From contig JADYZL010000400.1 of the NCBI GenBank assembly GCA_020853155.1, forward strand, positions 1-32,608: a stretch of 32,608 nucleotides of DNA. The letters are read 5' to 3'. Numbering within the stretch: the stretch's first letter is position 1; each line of letters opens with the position of its first letter. The notes under the pieces are model-generated. The model was not told where the DNA came from. It saw only the letters and a list, made by a program, of their open reading frames with translations, and did no database searches. Origin of the DNA: Bryobacterales bacterium (GTDB lineage: Bacteria; Acidobacteriota; Terriglobia; Bryobacterales; Bryobacteraceae). Both the position numbers and the translations under genes were made by a program. Positions 32,544 through 32,608 of this stretch are shown here, piece by piece.

Positions 32544-32608
32544 ATGGTGACGGCGAAGCTTCGCGATGCTTCCATCCGGCGCCTTCCCCAACTGGGAACG
32601 CTCGGCCG
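32544..32608 (+). CDS. possible 5' end of a gene running off the right edge (unknown product)
   Basis: The ATG at 32544 lies 6 nt after AGGAGA (32532-32537). The open frame MVTAKLRDASIRRLPQLGTLG... continues to the edge. Only 21 codons are visible. Confidence 0.25.
   Translation, partial: MVTAKLRDASIRRLPQLGTLG

Noticed and set aside
32132-32575. 147-aa minus-strand ORF starting with a signal-peptide-like MEASRSFAVTIAILLA
   Set aside because: It overlaps the first ~85 codons of the CDF transporter in another frame, and the rest is Pro/Ser/Arg-rich. The two other minus frames at the right edge end after ~25 codons and are too short to call.
32544-32608. Faint resemblance of MVTAKLRDASIRRLP... 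to the N-terminus of DUF4102-type integrases
   Set aside because: Only 21 codons are visible, there is no adjacent tRNA or repeat, and the similarity is too weak to support a mobile-element call.
1-32608. Search by eye for CRISPR repeats, IS elements and inverted terminal repeats, integrases, toxin-antitoxin pairs, restriction or other defence genes, rRNA and tRNA
   Set aside because: None found. No periodic direct repeats, no transposase/integrase-like ORFs and no recognisable defence-system domains in any of the supported CDSs.

Overview
GC-rich bacterial chromosomal segment with no plasmid, phage or mobile-element hallmarks. The gene content (acidobacterial-type VWFA protein, DUF1080 protein, CarboxypepD_reg-containing metalloprotease) suggests Acidobacteriota, but that is inference only. 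I support 28 protein-coding genes (one truncated by the left edge) plus one weak partial ORF at the right edge, six candidate sigma-54 promoters and four terminator-like hairpins. I see no rRNA, tRNA, CRISPR array, transposase or integrase. The ORF track renders TTG/GTG starts as M, so several starts were revised by hand using Shine-Dalgarno (SD) context. Layout: 1-8.6 kb is housekeeping and secreted proteins (VWA, methyltransferase, nth, DUF1080, amidohydrolase, thrC, matrixin-like protease with a small partner). 8.9-12.9 kb is a minus-strand string: histidine kinase, NtrC-family sigma-54 activator, phosphoacceptor-less receiver-like protein, helical protein, zinc-ribbon protein. 13.0-25.1 kb holds DUF302 plus a small membrane protein, rnk, a dksA-like gene, two tandem-USP proteins, a GT-C-like membrane protein, a 1195-aa PFOR-like protein and an EF-G-2-type paralog. 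25.3-32.4 kb is envelope/glycan genes (GT4, methyltransferase, beta-helix protein, esterase, manA) and a CDF transporter. The most interesting signal is regulatory. There is a perfect sigma-54 -24/-12 promoter in front of rnk. At least three further near-consensus sigma-54 promoters sit in correctly oriented intergenic positions around the NtrC-family operon, one directly upstream of the dksA-like gene. Second, the PFOR-like protein keeps all Fe-S cysteine motifs but appears to lack a recognisable GDG...N thiamine-diphosphate/Mg motif. All functional calls are by-eye motif recognition and none was checked against a database.
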